Notes: generated by a model from the letters alone, not told the origin. Positions 45,229 to 57,882 are shown, numbered from the whole stretch's first letter. The stretch: DNA of 63,862 bases, filler included, from Vannella sp. (GCA_023345925.1; 5 parts of 5 records of this genome joined end to end with filler, not necessarily neighbours in it); one strand, 5' to 3'. Numbers and translations are program-made.

Positions 45229-47322
45229 TTAAACCATTAACTCTTGTTTTGAATACCATTGATATAAATAAACAATAGTCGAGATTGGATCGACTTCTTC
45301 TGTAACAAGCTCATTTGCTGAAAGGAAGGAGGGGATGGCTCGTTCCTCGCATACCTTATCTAATGCAGCTTGCAAGAGATCTTTCCGCCTCTGGTCGTCT
45401 CATAAGAAGGCGCTTCTTGAAGACTGAGGAGGAAGTGCGCTTACTGGTGCGTATGAAACGTATTCGAAGGTGGAAGGGACTTGCGCATGTGCCAGAGCGC
45501 AGAAGACGTATCCATACGCAAAACTCTTCTCAAAGTCAGTTACCATGATCTCATAAGGTTCAGTTTGTTGTTGTGTCCAGTGCAGAAGGGCCTCTTGGCC
45601 AACTAGTCCGCCGAACTGGACCGTTTGAATCTCTGAAACGTCGATTATGTTCCAGATTGCTTCTAGTATGGATCCCAAGTTGTTGTTAATGATCTCTACC
45701 TCCCTGTGTGAGATGGAGCTCCGAGTGCACCAGAGATACGGCTTACGGTGACTTTCCGCTCCCTTGAACTCTGGATAGCGCTGTCGCAGGGCACTCATTG
45801 CGAAGTTAACATTTTGATACATGAAGGCCACATGTGATGGCTCCTCATTGTAGCCAAACTCGGTCCCAGTAACGATTTCAGCAAGTTTGCACAGAATCTC
45901 GCCTTGGGTTTACCCAGAGATGAGATTCAAGTCCTCTTGGTTGGTTTAGACTCTTACCATCAGCCATATCCTTCCTTATATCTTGGATGGATGCACCTGT
46001 GGGCAAGAGTTTGTGATTGACCCAGTTTTCGAGGACCTTCGGCCAGTAAGTGACAAATGTTCTCTGAAGGACAGCCACGAACCTGAATCTGCACGTTTCG
46101 GACATAAAGGCTCTTCCAATTCGTATCAATCTTGTGAGAGGCGAAAGCTCCAACATCTTGTTCCTGCTCCAAAGGGAGAACTTCATCGGAGGGTTCTTTT
46201 TGTGATTCTTCTGGTTCTTTGGGAGTTTCGGAGGGGACGAGAGGCTCTGGTTGCTCATAGATAGTGAGAGGAGGTGTACCATCAACGTCATAGTCATGAG
46301 AAGCTGCCTCTTCCTCTCTGGGCGCTTCTTCGGGATCGTCCATCGCTGGGAGGGAACTTGTGATTGCCTGTATATCTGGCTCTGGCAGAGGGACGACTCC
46401 ACGCTGGGCCTCGCAATCCCCAAAGGGATTGAGAGTGTCATCGAGATCTTGCTCACATTCGATAATGTCTAGAGAACCCGAGTGTGGAAGGTCTGGTTCC
46501 ATTGTGCAGAGAGCGCTGTTTGTAGATCCATTGACTAATGTTGGGTGAAGATCATTAGATACAGTCAAGCTCGCAATTGGGGCAGAGGAAGCTGCTTCGC
46601 TCTCATTTGAAGGGGCAGCTCGATCTGTGGGCTCCTTTGAGATAGTTTGGGGCGTCAAAGGAGGAGTTGGGGTACTCTCTTTGAAAGGAGTAGGCTTCAG
46701 AGGCTCCAAAGATGCAGCTGGAGGCTACAAAGAGAGGGAAGGGGTTAGAACTTTTGCGAGTAACTCTCACAGGGGCTCAAGCATACCCTTTGCCCTTGGG
46801 GACATTCCTGTATGTTCTCCATATCTTTCTGAAGCGAGAGGATGTCTTGAAAGTCCTCAACACGGCCCTCTTGAACAAGTTGAAGGGCAAACATCCATTG
46901 ATGGGCTTCTTCGCGGTCCTCCACGGCCAGGGCCCACAGCTTCTCAGCAGTAAACAGCTCAACAACAAACCTGATTAGAAAAGTCAGCAAAGAACTGGAG
47001 AAGAGCGACCGCCTGACCGTTTACCCGGATAATCCTCTGAAATACGCATCCGCTTGATACTGGAGACGGGAATAACTCTAGACGGCAGTGCTTCCTTGGG
47101 AGCAAAAGAAACATAGTATTACTCAGTGTTCACATGCGCTCTTGACTGCTCACGAACCTTTGCAGATCGAAAGTACATCAGCTCGCCACTGTTTGTGAGG
47201 GTGAACCAGCGAAGCTTCCAGTTCCTCGTATAGTTCCCCTGCTTTTGCATCTTCCCGCGTCTTACGACTATCGAGCGGTCCACCCCTGACCTCTTTTCCG
47301 CCCCCCTTCGACTCCCAAACAT
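45229..47322 (-). CDS. PH domain + low-complexity linker + tandem calponin-homology (actinin-type) protein
   Basis: [70 protein letters not shown]. Confidence 0.8.
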
Positions 47323-47398
47323 GATCGGGAGCAAATGTTTCCAATCCTCGTCAAATCTTCCCTCTTTGCATTATAATATCATATTTTATACTATCATA

Positions 47399-48194
47399 TC
47401 AGTTAAGCTGATCTAAAGAATCCGACATGTCCTCGTGGGAATGGTCGTCAGGGCAGAGGATGAAGCACATGAAGGAGAGAAGGATAGGTGGTCCGAAAAG
47501 GACAGCCAGAGTAGACAAGTAAACAGCTGCAGGTTTGTTTCCCAACTTTTGCAGCACCCGAAGGTGGTGACATTTGCATTGAACGAGTCCGCAACAAGGG
47601 AAACGAGTGAAAGTGATTGCCACGCACAGGTAGCTCACCGCAAGGAAGACGACAACTCCGTCCATCTCTGATGATGGGCTGTGTAAGAGATTGATAACCC
47701 AGGTCCCCAGAAAGAGGACTTTGACAGCAATCGTAAAGTCTAAAGAGAAAGAAGCCTACTCAACATCCAAGATGAGGAAAGAGTGTCCATGGCTCAACAG
47801 GAAGACTCACTCGAATCGCCATCCAAGGAGCATTGCTGACTTTGCCAACGATAAAGAAGATAACACTGACCAGAGGAAGCGTCAGGAGCGAGTATGTAAA
47901 GAGGAGAAGCGAAAGAAAGCGGTCGATTCCGTGTATGCAAACCAACACCGAAGCAGTGGAGCTCGTGATGAATCCCGCAGCACATTCAGCCAATGAGACC
48001 GTCTGACACCGGTTCCTGATTAAGAATAGAACTATAATAGGAGGACTTGAACGTACCAACATGAATGCAGCCAGACTCCAGAACGTGACCCGACGAAAAC
48101 CGATGTTCCATCGCTCCAGCCCCTTCGCCTGTCGAACAAACTGGTGTCCTCTCTTGTTCCCTATTTCCATCTTGATCCCTTCCGAGGCGCTCAT
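47399..48194 (-). CDS. Multi-pass membrane protein, unknown
   Basis: Several hydrophobic exons joined by GT-AG introns. Confidence 0.55.
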
Positions 48195-48481
48195 GATGGC
48201 TAAGTAGAGAATGAAGAGTGTTGCCCTTTGCCACGTGGGGACTTGCTTGCCACGTGTCTCCCACTCAAACTCAATCAGTCTCTTGCCACCAAGAAAAGAG
48301 GCTCCGGAATGACTCTTGTGCCCTGAAACTCCACTCAGTTCCCACAAGCGCAAGCAAAAGGACTTGACACAACATAACCAAAACCAACCAAAACCAACTA
48401 AACCCTAAAAATAAACAAAACACCCATTCGACCTATTAGCCAGCAATTCTGCGGGTAATAAACGGCATTTGGCGGCTGGCC

Positions 48482-51400
48482 ATGGCGAGTGAGGTTGTCT
48501 TTCAGAGGTTCTCGAAGGCTGCTGGTTTCAACCCCAAACAGACGTTAGGGGGGCATCAAGCATTGCCACCTGCGCCTCCACGACCGAAGGTGGAGCACTA
48601 CAGCTTCCAGGAAGCGGACAACGCCACCAACATTCTCTTGTCGGAGGAGCTTGTGGACGGGCGCCCTCAATTGAAGGCGGGGACGCTAGAGAAGCTTGTT
48701 GAACGACTCAGTCACTCAGAATACTTGGGTACGTCAACGCATCTCGTAGTAGGGCGTGTGGGAGCTGACAGGAGCAGATACGCCCTTTTTGCAGACCTTC
48801 CTGCTCACTTACCGTACCTTTACGTCTCCTAACCAGCTACTCAACATACTGAGGTCTCGTTACTTCATGAAAGCTCCTCCTGATTCACTGAGAGACTGGA
48901 CGGACCGCGTACAACGTCCTATTCGCTTGCGCGTGTTCAACGCTTTGAAGAACTGGCTCCTGAAGGGGTTCTATGACTTCGAGGACAACCCCAAGCTGCG
49001 AAAGAACCTTATGCACTTCTTAGATGAGATGTCGCAGGAGATGGCTGGCGCTGCGGAGAGTTTGCGAACAGTTTACAACCGAAACGTAAGTTTGGGACTC
49101 TACCAAGTAGGGACAGGGTCTGATTAGCCGTAGATGAATGAATCAAAGACTGGGAGAGACATTCTCTTCAGTAAGAAGCCCCCTGTGCCCATCCTACCGC
49201 GCTCCTTACTTGCCGAGCCCACTCTGATCGACTATGACCCGTTGGAAGTGGCCCGCCAGCTGACAATCATCGAATCGGAGCTCTACCGTGCTATCAAACC
49301 CTCAGAGTTCCTCAACCAGTCCTGGGCGAAGAAGGACAAGGACAAACGCGCTCCTCGCATTCTGGCAATGATCAACCGCTTTAACCAAGTGAGCAATTGG
49401 ATTACCACGACCATCCTTGAAGAGAAGGACTCCAAGAACCGTGTGGCACTCCTTCGCCATGTCATTGCCATCTGCCACAATTGCCTTTCTCTCAATAACT
49501 TCAATGCAGTCATGGAGATTGTCAGCGGGCTGCAGGCTAGTCCTGTCTTTAGATTGAAGATAACCTGGTCACAAGTGGAATCGAAGAGCATTCGACTCTT
49601 GGAGGAGTGCCAAACGGTGATGTGCCGCGACCAAAATTTTAAGAGTTTCCGTGCGTTCCTTCATTCGGTGGACCCGCCATGCATTCCTTACTTAGGTGTG
49701 TATCTAACGGATCTTACGTTCATCGAGGATGGCAACTCGGACTATGTGGAAGGTGGACTCATCAATTTTGTGAAGCGCCAACAAGCGTACGGAGTTATCA
49801 GTGAGATTCAGCAGTATCAGTACACCCCCTACTGCTTAGAGAAGGTCCAATTCATGTCAGATTGGCTGGCAGAGAGGAAATCTCTGTCTGAGGAAGAATG
49901 TTTTGCCATCTCGATGGAGCTGGAGCCCAAAGGAGCAAAAGCAGAGTCAAAAAGAAAGCTCACTCTTTCACGACAGGCAGGTGCAAAATTGAGCCGGAGC
50001 AATACGCTCAAAAACTTTGGCGGAGTTCCGTTGGCCGAGACCACTCTTCTGCCTTACGGAGAAATGGAGCTTGTCAAAGGTTATCTTTTTGGAGAGAAAG
50101 ATACCCCAACTTGCATCCTTTATGGTGGAACTGAGGATCTTGAAGAGGGCGAGCAGCCATGCATCATTGCAGGAACTTTGGTGAAGCTGGTGGAACGTCT
50201 CACCCACGAAAGATTCCCAGATATGGACTATCTCAGTGCTTTCTTGATGACTCTCCGTTCTTTTACGACTCCAAGTGACTTTCTTGATATGCTGATCAAT
50301 CGATTCAACATGCCACATCCCAAGGCACCCAGCAAAGAGCAAGCAAAGAATTTCCGCTCAGAAAGGCTCATTCCTATCCACTTCCGGGTCTTCAATGTCC
50401 TCAAAGAGTGGACCAGTAACTATCCCTCCGATTTTAAGGATACAGTGCTGCTCCAGCGGACTCTGGACTTCTCCAATAGAGCCCAGAGCGAGACAACAGC
50501 TCTCGCATCAGCCACAAAGAATGTGATAGGCACACTTCAGAACCCACCTCTTCCAATCAAGGAAGCTACGAACGTTGCTCTAGGCAGTCAGAAGGCTTCC
50601 ACATCCAAAGGATTCTCGGAATGGGATCCCAACGAGCTGGCAAGTCAGCTTTATGGGTATGTGGCTGGTAACTACATATCTACGGATCCTCGGGAGTACC
50701 TTCATCCAGTCTGGGCACAAGCAGAGGGCAGATTTCAGTGCCCACACCTTTACAGGCTCTATAACCACGTTGATGCTTTCAAGCGTTGGATCAGGACAGA
50801 GATTTTCACAGCACCTACTGTTGTAGCTCGTGCAGTTGTGGTCGCTCACTTTATTCAGATGGCTGACAAGTTCACCAAGTTAATGGATGATCTCAACACC
50901 CGCATTGTGCTGGATACCTTGGGGAGCTTGCGCGATCATGAGCTTGCATTGACTTGGGAATGGCTACCATCTCGCTATCTCAGTATTTGGTCACGTCTTC
51001 AGATTCTTGATCGCAGGAGAGAGCCTGAAACAGTCAGAGGGCGCAGCCAAACCAAACTGGTGACCAATTTCCGTGTGCCAGTAATCTCAGGGGCTTTGGA
51101 AGCAATGGAAGAGTTGGCGAAGCTACCTGATGTGATAGAGGATGGGTTGATTAACTTCAGCAAGCGCCAAAGCTTTTTCTTTGCATACCAACCAGTTGCA
51201 GTACCTCCCCTTTCTCCTGATGCCCTTGAGGGTTGCAAGGAGGATGCAGAAGCTCAGCATTACCTTTGTACCGTGGAGGTCATGGGAGAGGAGCAACTCG
51301 CCCGTGCGTTGGCTTCTATGAATAACGAGAGACCGGAAGGCATTCCCCCTAGCCAACAGGAGAAAGAAGCGCTTATTAAGAAGACTGAAGTGTCACTTGA

Positions 51401-51923
51401 TGAGGGCATCAAACCCTCTTTGATTGAGATGCTCAAGAGAGACCCAACTCTCAAGTCAGTCATGGTAAAGAAATTCGCCCAGCAGTTGAAGGAGGACGCA
51501 CTTTCTCAGATGAAAGGAGAAGTCACCCGATTTGCCAACACTGGTCGCTTGCTCTTGTCATTGATTTTAGCTAGGAGGAAGCAAGCTCGACAAGAAGTGA
51601 TCCACATAACCAGTGAGATTGCTCGAGCCCAGTTTACTGGATCTACGGTGGAGACCTGGTCAAAGTTGGATGTAAAGTGTTCTGTTTACGGCTGGGAAGA
51701 AGAGATTACCGTTGTTCTGGCTCAATCTGACCAGGAAATGACACTTGTGGAGGCTTTCTTCCACGCAAGGAAGCAAGACGTCTCCACCCTTCTTCGCGTT
51801 TTGGAGTTCTACCAAGAAGAGCACGACGAGGTGCCCATCAGTTGTTCCCTGGTGGTAATGGGAATCGACGAAGACGCGTTGGAGATTGCCTCTTCAAAGA
51901 ACATTAACGTTATCAAATTGTAA
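48482..51923 (+). CDS. RasGEF with two REM+CDC25 modules and an extra C-terminal domain
   Basis: AGTLEKLVERL..FLLTYRTF; EVARQLT, NNFNAVMEI, PPCIPYLGVYLTDLTFIEDGN, INFVKR; second AGTLVKLVERL module; 2 introns. Confidence 0.93.
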
Positions 51924-52004
51924 GAGTTTTCATCAGAGACAATACAATCTCTGTTTTCTATCCTTCATTCCCATCCTGAAAAAAGCGGAGAATGTCTGCC
52001 CATT

Positions 52005-52710
52005 TTATGGTGGAGTGGATGATTGAGTAGTGCTTAACTTCTCGAAGAGCGGGCTGGACCAAGGAATGGGGGGAGTGTGCATTGATTGGAATTTGTGGAG
52101 TTGTTGGTGAACTTCAAGATGACGAGTACAGCATTCCTGTCCGCAATAAGACACTAACGAGCAGCATGTGCAGCGCTTCAGAGTTCTTTTGGAAAGTCCA
52201 CAGGAGGTACACTGGAAAGGTGGGATACCACCAAGTAGAATGTCAATTAAGGGAGATGTTTTCGGGGTTACTGGAGGCACATCCTCTTTGAGGGCCTTTC
52301 GTTTCCAGATTGTCAAAGAATAGCACGTGTTGCCCCAATTAGGTAGACCCACACTTTGGAAGAGACTAAACTGTTGCAATAGACTTTTCTCAAAGTCAGG
52401 TGTTGCTGTATCTCCTTGCCATTCACCGATGTAGACAATCCATTCGCCTTGGAAGTTTTTCAAGCAGTCCAAAGCCATACTACAGCCAGGGGGAGGGTAG
52501 CATAGCATCAATGCAGTGGATCCAGCGGTCTCTTTTGATATGATCCGCAAGTCAGTGCTCCCTCCTCGCTTCACAGGGACGAAAGCGAGAGCTTTTCCAT
52601 GGTAATCATTCATTCCTGTGTTGCTCTTTCGGGATGATTTACTCTCCTCTGGTTGAGGTGCGCTGGGAAGGGGAAAAGAGTCAAAAAGATACATCTTCTG
52701 CTGTCCAAAG
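52005..52710 (-). CDS. Methyltransferase-like domain + MYND zinc finger; 5' truncated
   Basis: LMLCYPPP..MA..YIGEWQGDT..LPNW; CTSC..LKRCTCCSLVSYCGQEC..H..H. Confidence 0.7.
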
Positions 52711-52810
52711 NNNNNNNNNNNNNNNNNNNNNNNNNNNNNNNNNNNNNNNNNNNNTTAATTAATTAANNNNNNNNNNNNNNNNNNNNNNNNNNNNNNNNNN
52801 NNNNNNNNNN
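52711..52810. other. Artificial contig linker
   Basis: N44-TTAATTAATTAA-N44. Confidence 0.97.
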
Positions 52811-53680
52811 CAGGCCAGCTCCGCCCAGGAAGCTCCCAGTATGTAAGAGGCCTGAAGTTATTGAGTTGCTCATTGAAGTTGTTTCCAAAAGAACGCCCGT
52901 GGACGCCTCCCAGGAGCTTGGCTTTGTTGATGAAGCCCGATCTATGGAATGCGTTGTTGTAACTGCACTCAGAGGTCCTTGAGCAAAGCCAGTCACTACA
53001 GAATTGGTCACTTTACACTTGGCAATCTTCACACCAGCCACTCCTTTGGATTCAGAGAAAGCCTGGCCATAGACGTTGCCATTACTTAAGGTTTCAGTTG
53101 AGATGAGAACGCCAAAAGGACCATTCAAGGAGGTTCCGTTGATGAAGGCGGATGCGGTGAGGGACTTTGGAAGCAAGTTGCCTCCAATAACAGCTCCACT
53201 TCCTTCCAATGACCATCCAGTGATTCTCAGATTCTGATAGGAAATGAATCCTTCAGAGTTCACAGCACTGTGCTTGGACGAGGTCGAGTGACAGACCATT
53301 TCGACTTCATCCGCATTAACAGATGAATTGGTGGAGAGGTGGATACTGTCATTAGACTGGAGACGGAGAAGAGTATTTGAGTGGAGCGTTCCGCTCACTG
53401 AAATGGTTGCACTGGAGATGAACGTTTCAGTGAGAGAAAGGAGGGAGCCCTCAATCGAAATCGTCTCTACCGCCTGTAGCACGATTGACCTGGCTTGGAT
53501 AATGACGCCAGAAGGGATGTTAAGGAAGGTAGAGCTTGTTGCGTTGAAGAGGCCCGGGCAATCACAAGAGCGTAGCTCCAAGTCAGTCCACTCCACTTGA
53601 CAACAATCAGTGGCCCCTCCACTTTCAATCATGAACACCCAAAGAGCGAACCAAAGACAGGTTCCTCGCCCAAAAGGCAT
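52811..53680 (-). CDS. Secreted/surface beta-solenoid-like protein; 3' truncated
   Basis: Signal peptide, Cys-rich start, then repeated I-x-L-x-A/S..I-x-I-x-G-x-L strands. Confidence 0.6.
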
Positions 53681-54156
53681 CGAATAAAGTGAAGACGCTC
53701 TTTGTGACCTTCCCCGACACAATCAAACCTTCCCATTGGTCCCCAAACTTACACTGCGGTCAAGATTCAACGAAAGTCCTCGATGCTTAGAGAACACTGC
53801 GTTCAAGTCACAGCACTCTGAGCAAAGCACAATCTTCTTTAATGTGGAAAAGAGCGAATTCAAGAAAAACACAAAGTTGTCGGGAAATTGGAGTTTTCTG
53901 TTTTCGCAAGAAACTGCCAAGCCGCTCTGAGGACAACAAGGAGCCGGTTCGGCTAGTCTGGAATTGCTTCTACATCTCCATGTGCCATCGCTCTTCTTTT
54001 TCTGAAAAGGGAAACGCATCCAGAACTTCCTCTTCCCGCAACAACGCATCCGCAGTCAAAGTGAGTCTGAGGAGTGCTGTTTGGCTGAGTAGGTTTATTG
54101 TGAGCAACATGAAAGTCATCTTTAACAGACCTCTTCTTTTGCTTCAGAATCCCTTT

Positions 54157-55456
54157 CTAGGAGGCAGCTTCTGGGTCACTCGAACTCGTTTGGTTGACCT
54201 CTGCTGGCTCTGTCGCGTGAGATTGCGCTTGTTCGGTAGAAGAGGAAGCTCCAGTAGCAGCGAGAAGAGCAGGAGGGGTTGGAGCTTGAATTTGAGCGGC
54301 CTGGGGTGCTTGTATCGCAGAGTAGAAGCTTGTGTAGTACTGTTGGTAGTACAATATAGTCTGTTCATCCAACTGAGAAGGGTCTATGCCCTGCTGGGCG
54401 AAGAACTGAGCCCACTGGAGGAAGTTCTGCTTCCGAGAAGAAAGTGTGGGATTGGATTGCTCTGCCTTGGCCAGCGCATCTGCAGCCTCCACCCTTGCAT
54501 AAGGATGATCTGCCATTGTAATGGGCTTGTGCGTTAGCATGTAGTCCGGCACTCCCATCTCCTTGCTCGCAGAGATGATTCCCTCCGCCGCCTTTCGGTT
54601 CAAGTCCATTTCCTCGTACCGCCGGGCTGAAGGATTGGGATCTTCGTGAGACCATCGTATGTTGAGTATCTCTCCCTTAGTAAGGCTCTGATCTGACATG
54701 GCTTCCTTGGCGAACTCAGCGAAGACGCGGTTGGTAAACCGGACAAAAGCAATCATTCGATCAAAGATCACGCGTACTATCAAGAAGGAATCAACACTCT
54801 GCGGAAAGGACTAGTGAGGAGCGACTTACTGTACTCCACTTCGCCATACTTGCTAAACTCGTCTCGAAGACGCTTCTACTCGTCCCACTCGTCAGTTTCT
54901 CGCTTGTTGTGACATCTAGATGATGGACTTACTTCTAGGCCAGCTCTTGAAGACTGGAGACCGCCGATGTACAACGTACGGTTGTCACGGTTGAAGTTTC
55001 CGACTCCGCCCATGTCATCTCGGTCAGTCCTGTACCCGAGAGAGCCGTTCAGGATGATATAAAAGCTTCTTACAAGAGTAGGGACACGTACATGTGTCTC
55101 TCCCGTCCAAAGATGTCGTGGGTAATGGCGAGGTTGACTTCATCCCCTTTGACAGGAATGCGGTGGTAATACTGGCATTTGTGGCCATTCACGCACTTCC
55201 CGCGTGCAAAGTAGAGGCAGATGTAGTGTTTCCCTGAGAGGTTGTCCGCTCGTGTCGCCCCAGAGTCCTTCTCTGGATCGCAACGAGTGGCCGATGGATC
55301 TGTTCGTCGCTCTGGGCGATCTCCAAGGCGTTTATGATACCAGATGTTGTACTCTCCTCCTGTTTGCACATAGTCTGGTACTTCTATCTCGGTAGCCTGC
55401 TGCCTCGCTCGCTTGCGAGGGTTTCCCGCAACCGCAACAGTCCCAGCCTCCGCCAT
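54157..55456 (-). CDS. CWC2: Pre-mRNA splicing factor Cwc2 (CCCH + RRM)
   Basis: GEYNIWYHK, TRCDPEKDSGATRAD, CLYFARGKC..C..YHRIP, DDMGGVG..NRTLYIGG, AEFAKEAM..LNIRWS.EDPNP. Confidence 0.95.
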
Positions 55457-55614
55457 CCAGCAGGCAAAGAATGCCTTTGAAAACAAATGCCTGAGCATCC
55501 TCAATCCCACCCATTTAAAGGTGTCAGGTCCTGAAAATCCACCTGCCAAGAAGAGGAAATGGCCCTCAAACTGAGCACTCGCAGCGTTTTTTTTCAACAA
55601 TAAAAAAAAAAAAA

Positions 55615-55668
55615 TCCCTTTCCCTTTCCCTTTCCCTTTCCCTTTCCCTTTCCCGTTCCCGTTCCCGT
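55615..55668. repeat. Hexamer microsatellite (TCCCTT)6(TCCCGT)3 next to a poly-A run
   Basis: Read directly from the sequence. Confidence 0.9.
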
Positions 55669-55693
55669 TTCTCGAGAGATGACCCAAACGGCT

Positions 55694-57782
55694 TTATACG
55701 GTAGGGGTTGTGGAAGCAACACCTGCCCTGTGAAGAACACCTTCCAATCGCGTACGCTCTACACGGGTGCGGACTTCCACGGCTACTACTCCTACGGCAA
55801 CGATCAGGATGGCCCCAATAACCATCCCCAGAGAGATCCAAGATAATGTTTCGTTCTGGCTCACAGATTGACAAGGATCTTGGTCCTTCTGGCTGCTGCC
55901 TCCCATCAAGAGAAGTGCAAAGTTAGTGAGATGGTCGGTTTGGCCGCACACAGTATCGCCGGCATTATCAGTGGTAGTCAGGCACTCGTCTTCGCATTCC
56001 CATTTCGCCTTGCGTTCGTTGAAAAAGCTGAGACACACCCTCTCGCTTTTTCTGGTGACATTCGGGCGGGGAAAGCAAATAGTCAATTGGGGGCTCAACT
56101 TGGTGACAAGATTGCCATCTTCGCCAACCAATGTGATGTCCAGAATCTCACTTAAAAGCCTTTGGTTGGAAGGATTGGTTCCCACTGTTCCCATGTAAGT
56201 GATAATCAAGCTTGCATTGTCCCTCGTCAGTAATTTTGAAGGAATAAACAGACTTCCCATCCGCTTCCCTTGTTGAGTACTGGGAAGTTGGACCAGTTCA
56301 GAAGAGGTGAGGTTGGAAGGAGTGATGCGGAGAGTGAATAGATCCGGTATCGGTGGTGGAATGGTACCTGGAGATGAGCTCACCAGCAGTGAGATACTGG
56401 GAGAAGCTACCGGGGTTAGTGTGGAGCTTTTTGAGGAAACTGGAGCGAAGCTGGTCTTTGGTGAGCCTGCACTGGCGCTGAAGCTCGTGGACACAAAGGC
56501 ACTCGCTAGAGATGAAGGCGCAGTTCCTGTCCCACTATTTGGCGTTCCAGAACTTGATTCGCTCAAAGAGAGACTGACAGTGAGTGTCAAAGACTCTTTT
56601 TGGCTGAGGGAAGTAATAGAACTTGATATCTCAGATGCGCTAGGTGTCTCTCTCTCAATGGAACTGATTTGAGCTGTCTGAGACTCTTTTCCACTTGTGG
56701 AAAAGCCAGAGCTTTGAGTAACAGTTGAACTGGTGGTAGCCATCGGAGACGCTGGAGCCTCAGTTACACTTGCAGAAAGACTTGAGCTTCCAGACTCGGA
56801 AGTAGACTCACTCCTGCTGGGGGAATCGGTACTTTCTGTCTCCGAACCGGTAGGCGTGTGACTCACGGTGGCTGAGATGCTAAATGCCATGCTAATTGTC
56901 TCCGTCTGACTAATCGAATTGCTAGTACGGGGGCTTTGCGATAGAGTTGGCGTCCCACTTTGACTGGTGGTTGGGCTCGGTGCAACCGTAACACTTGGAG
57001 TCTCGCTTGGGCTGGATGTGTGACTAAAGCTAGATGTCACCGAAGTGCTTGCTGTCTCGCTTGGGCTAGATGTAACTGTGGAGCTTGCTATCTCGCTCAG
57101 GCTAGGTGTAACTGTGGAGCTTGCTGTCTCGCTCGCAGTAGGACTGGTCGAAGCGGTCATGGATCCAGTCCCGCTTGTGGAAAAGCTGGAACTTTGAGAA
57201 GGGCTGGGTGTGGCTGTCTCGGTAATACTTGGAGAACTGCTTGCACTTGGGCTCTCAGAAACGGAAGGGCTGGCCGTGACTGTCTCGCTCCCACTGGCGG
57301 AAGATGTAGAACTGCCTGTTTCAGAAGCACTCAAACTACTACTCGGGGTAATAGAGGGACTAGGTGTTTCACTCATGGTCTCGGTGTTACTTTGGGAACT
57401 GCTGCAACTTGAACTTCCTGATGAAGAGGGCGTCTCACTTTGGCTAGCTGTGGGGCTCGATGTTACTGTAACACTTGGAGTTTCGCTTGGGCTGGATGTC
57501 GCCGAAGCACTTGGAGACTCACTTGGGCTGGCAGTTGTACTTGTTGTTGAGCTGGCACTCACAGTCGCTGTGGCGGAAATACTTGGACTGCAGCTCATTG
57601 AAGTGGAAGCAGACATACTGGGGCTCTGAGTCATTGACGGGCTTGCAGAGGAAGTCGCGTTTGGTGGGCAACTTCCGGTGATTCCGTTGCAAGTAACGCC
57701 AATATAGCGTGTTGGGGCACTTGAACAATTAAACACTTGGTTACTGAGGTAGACCGTAGCATTATTTGGGCTCGGATCAGGT
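55694..57782 (-). CDS. Ser/Thr-rich mucin stalk + GAIN/GPS domain + single TM; 5' truncated
   Basis: About 430-aa S/T/P repeats; CLSFFNERKAKWECEDEC..CGQTDHL^TNFALLL; one TM (WISLGMVIGAILIVAVGVVAV). Confidence 0.85.
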
Positions 57783-57882
57783 NNNNNNNNNNNNNNNNNN
57801 NNNNNNNNNNNNNNNNNNNNNNNNNNTTAATTAATTAANNNNNNNNNNNNNNNNNNNNNNNNNNNNNNNNNNNNNNNNNNNN
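57783..57882. other. Artificial contig linker
   Basis: N44-TTAATTAATTAA-N44. Confidence 0.97.

Noticed and set aside
56700..57650. 36-nt periodic repeats as a non-coding satellite
   Set aside because: They encode the 12-aa Ser/Thr repeats of the mucin stalk
24611..57882. Four identical TTAATTAATTAA palindromes within N runs
   Set aside because: Artificial concatenation linkers; they are not biological, and clustering across them (e.g. PRP18 with CWC2) is meaningless
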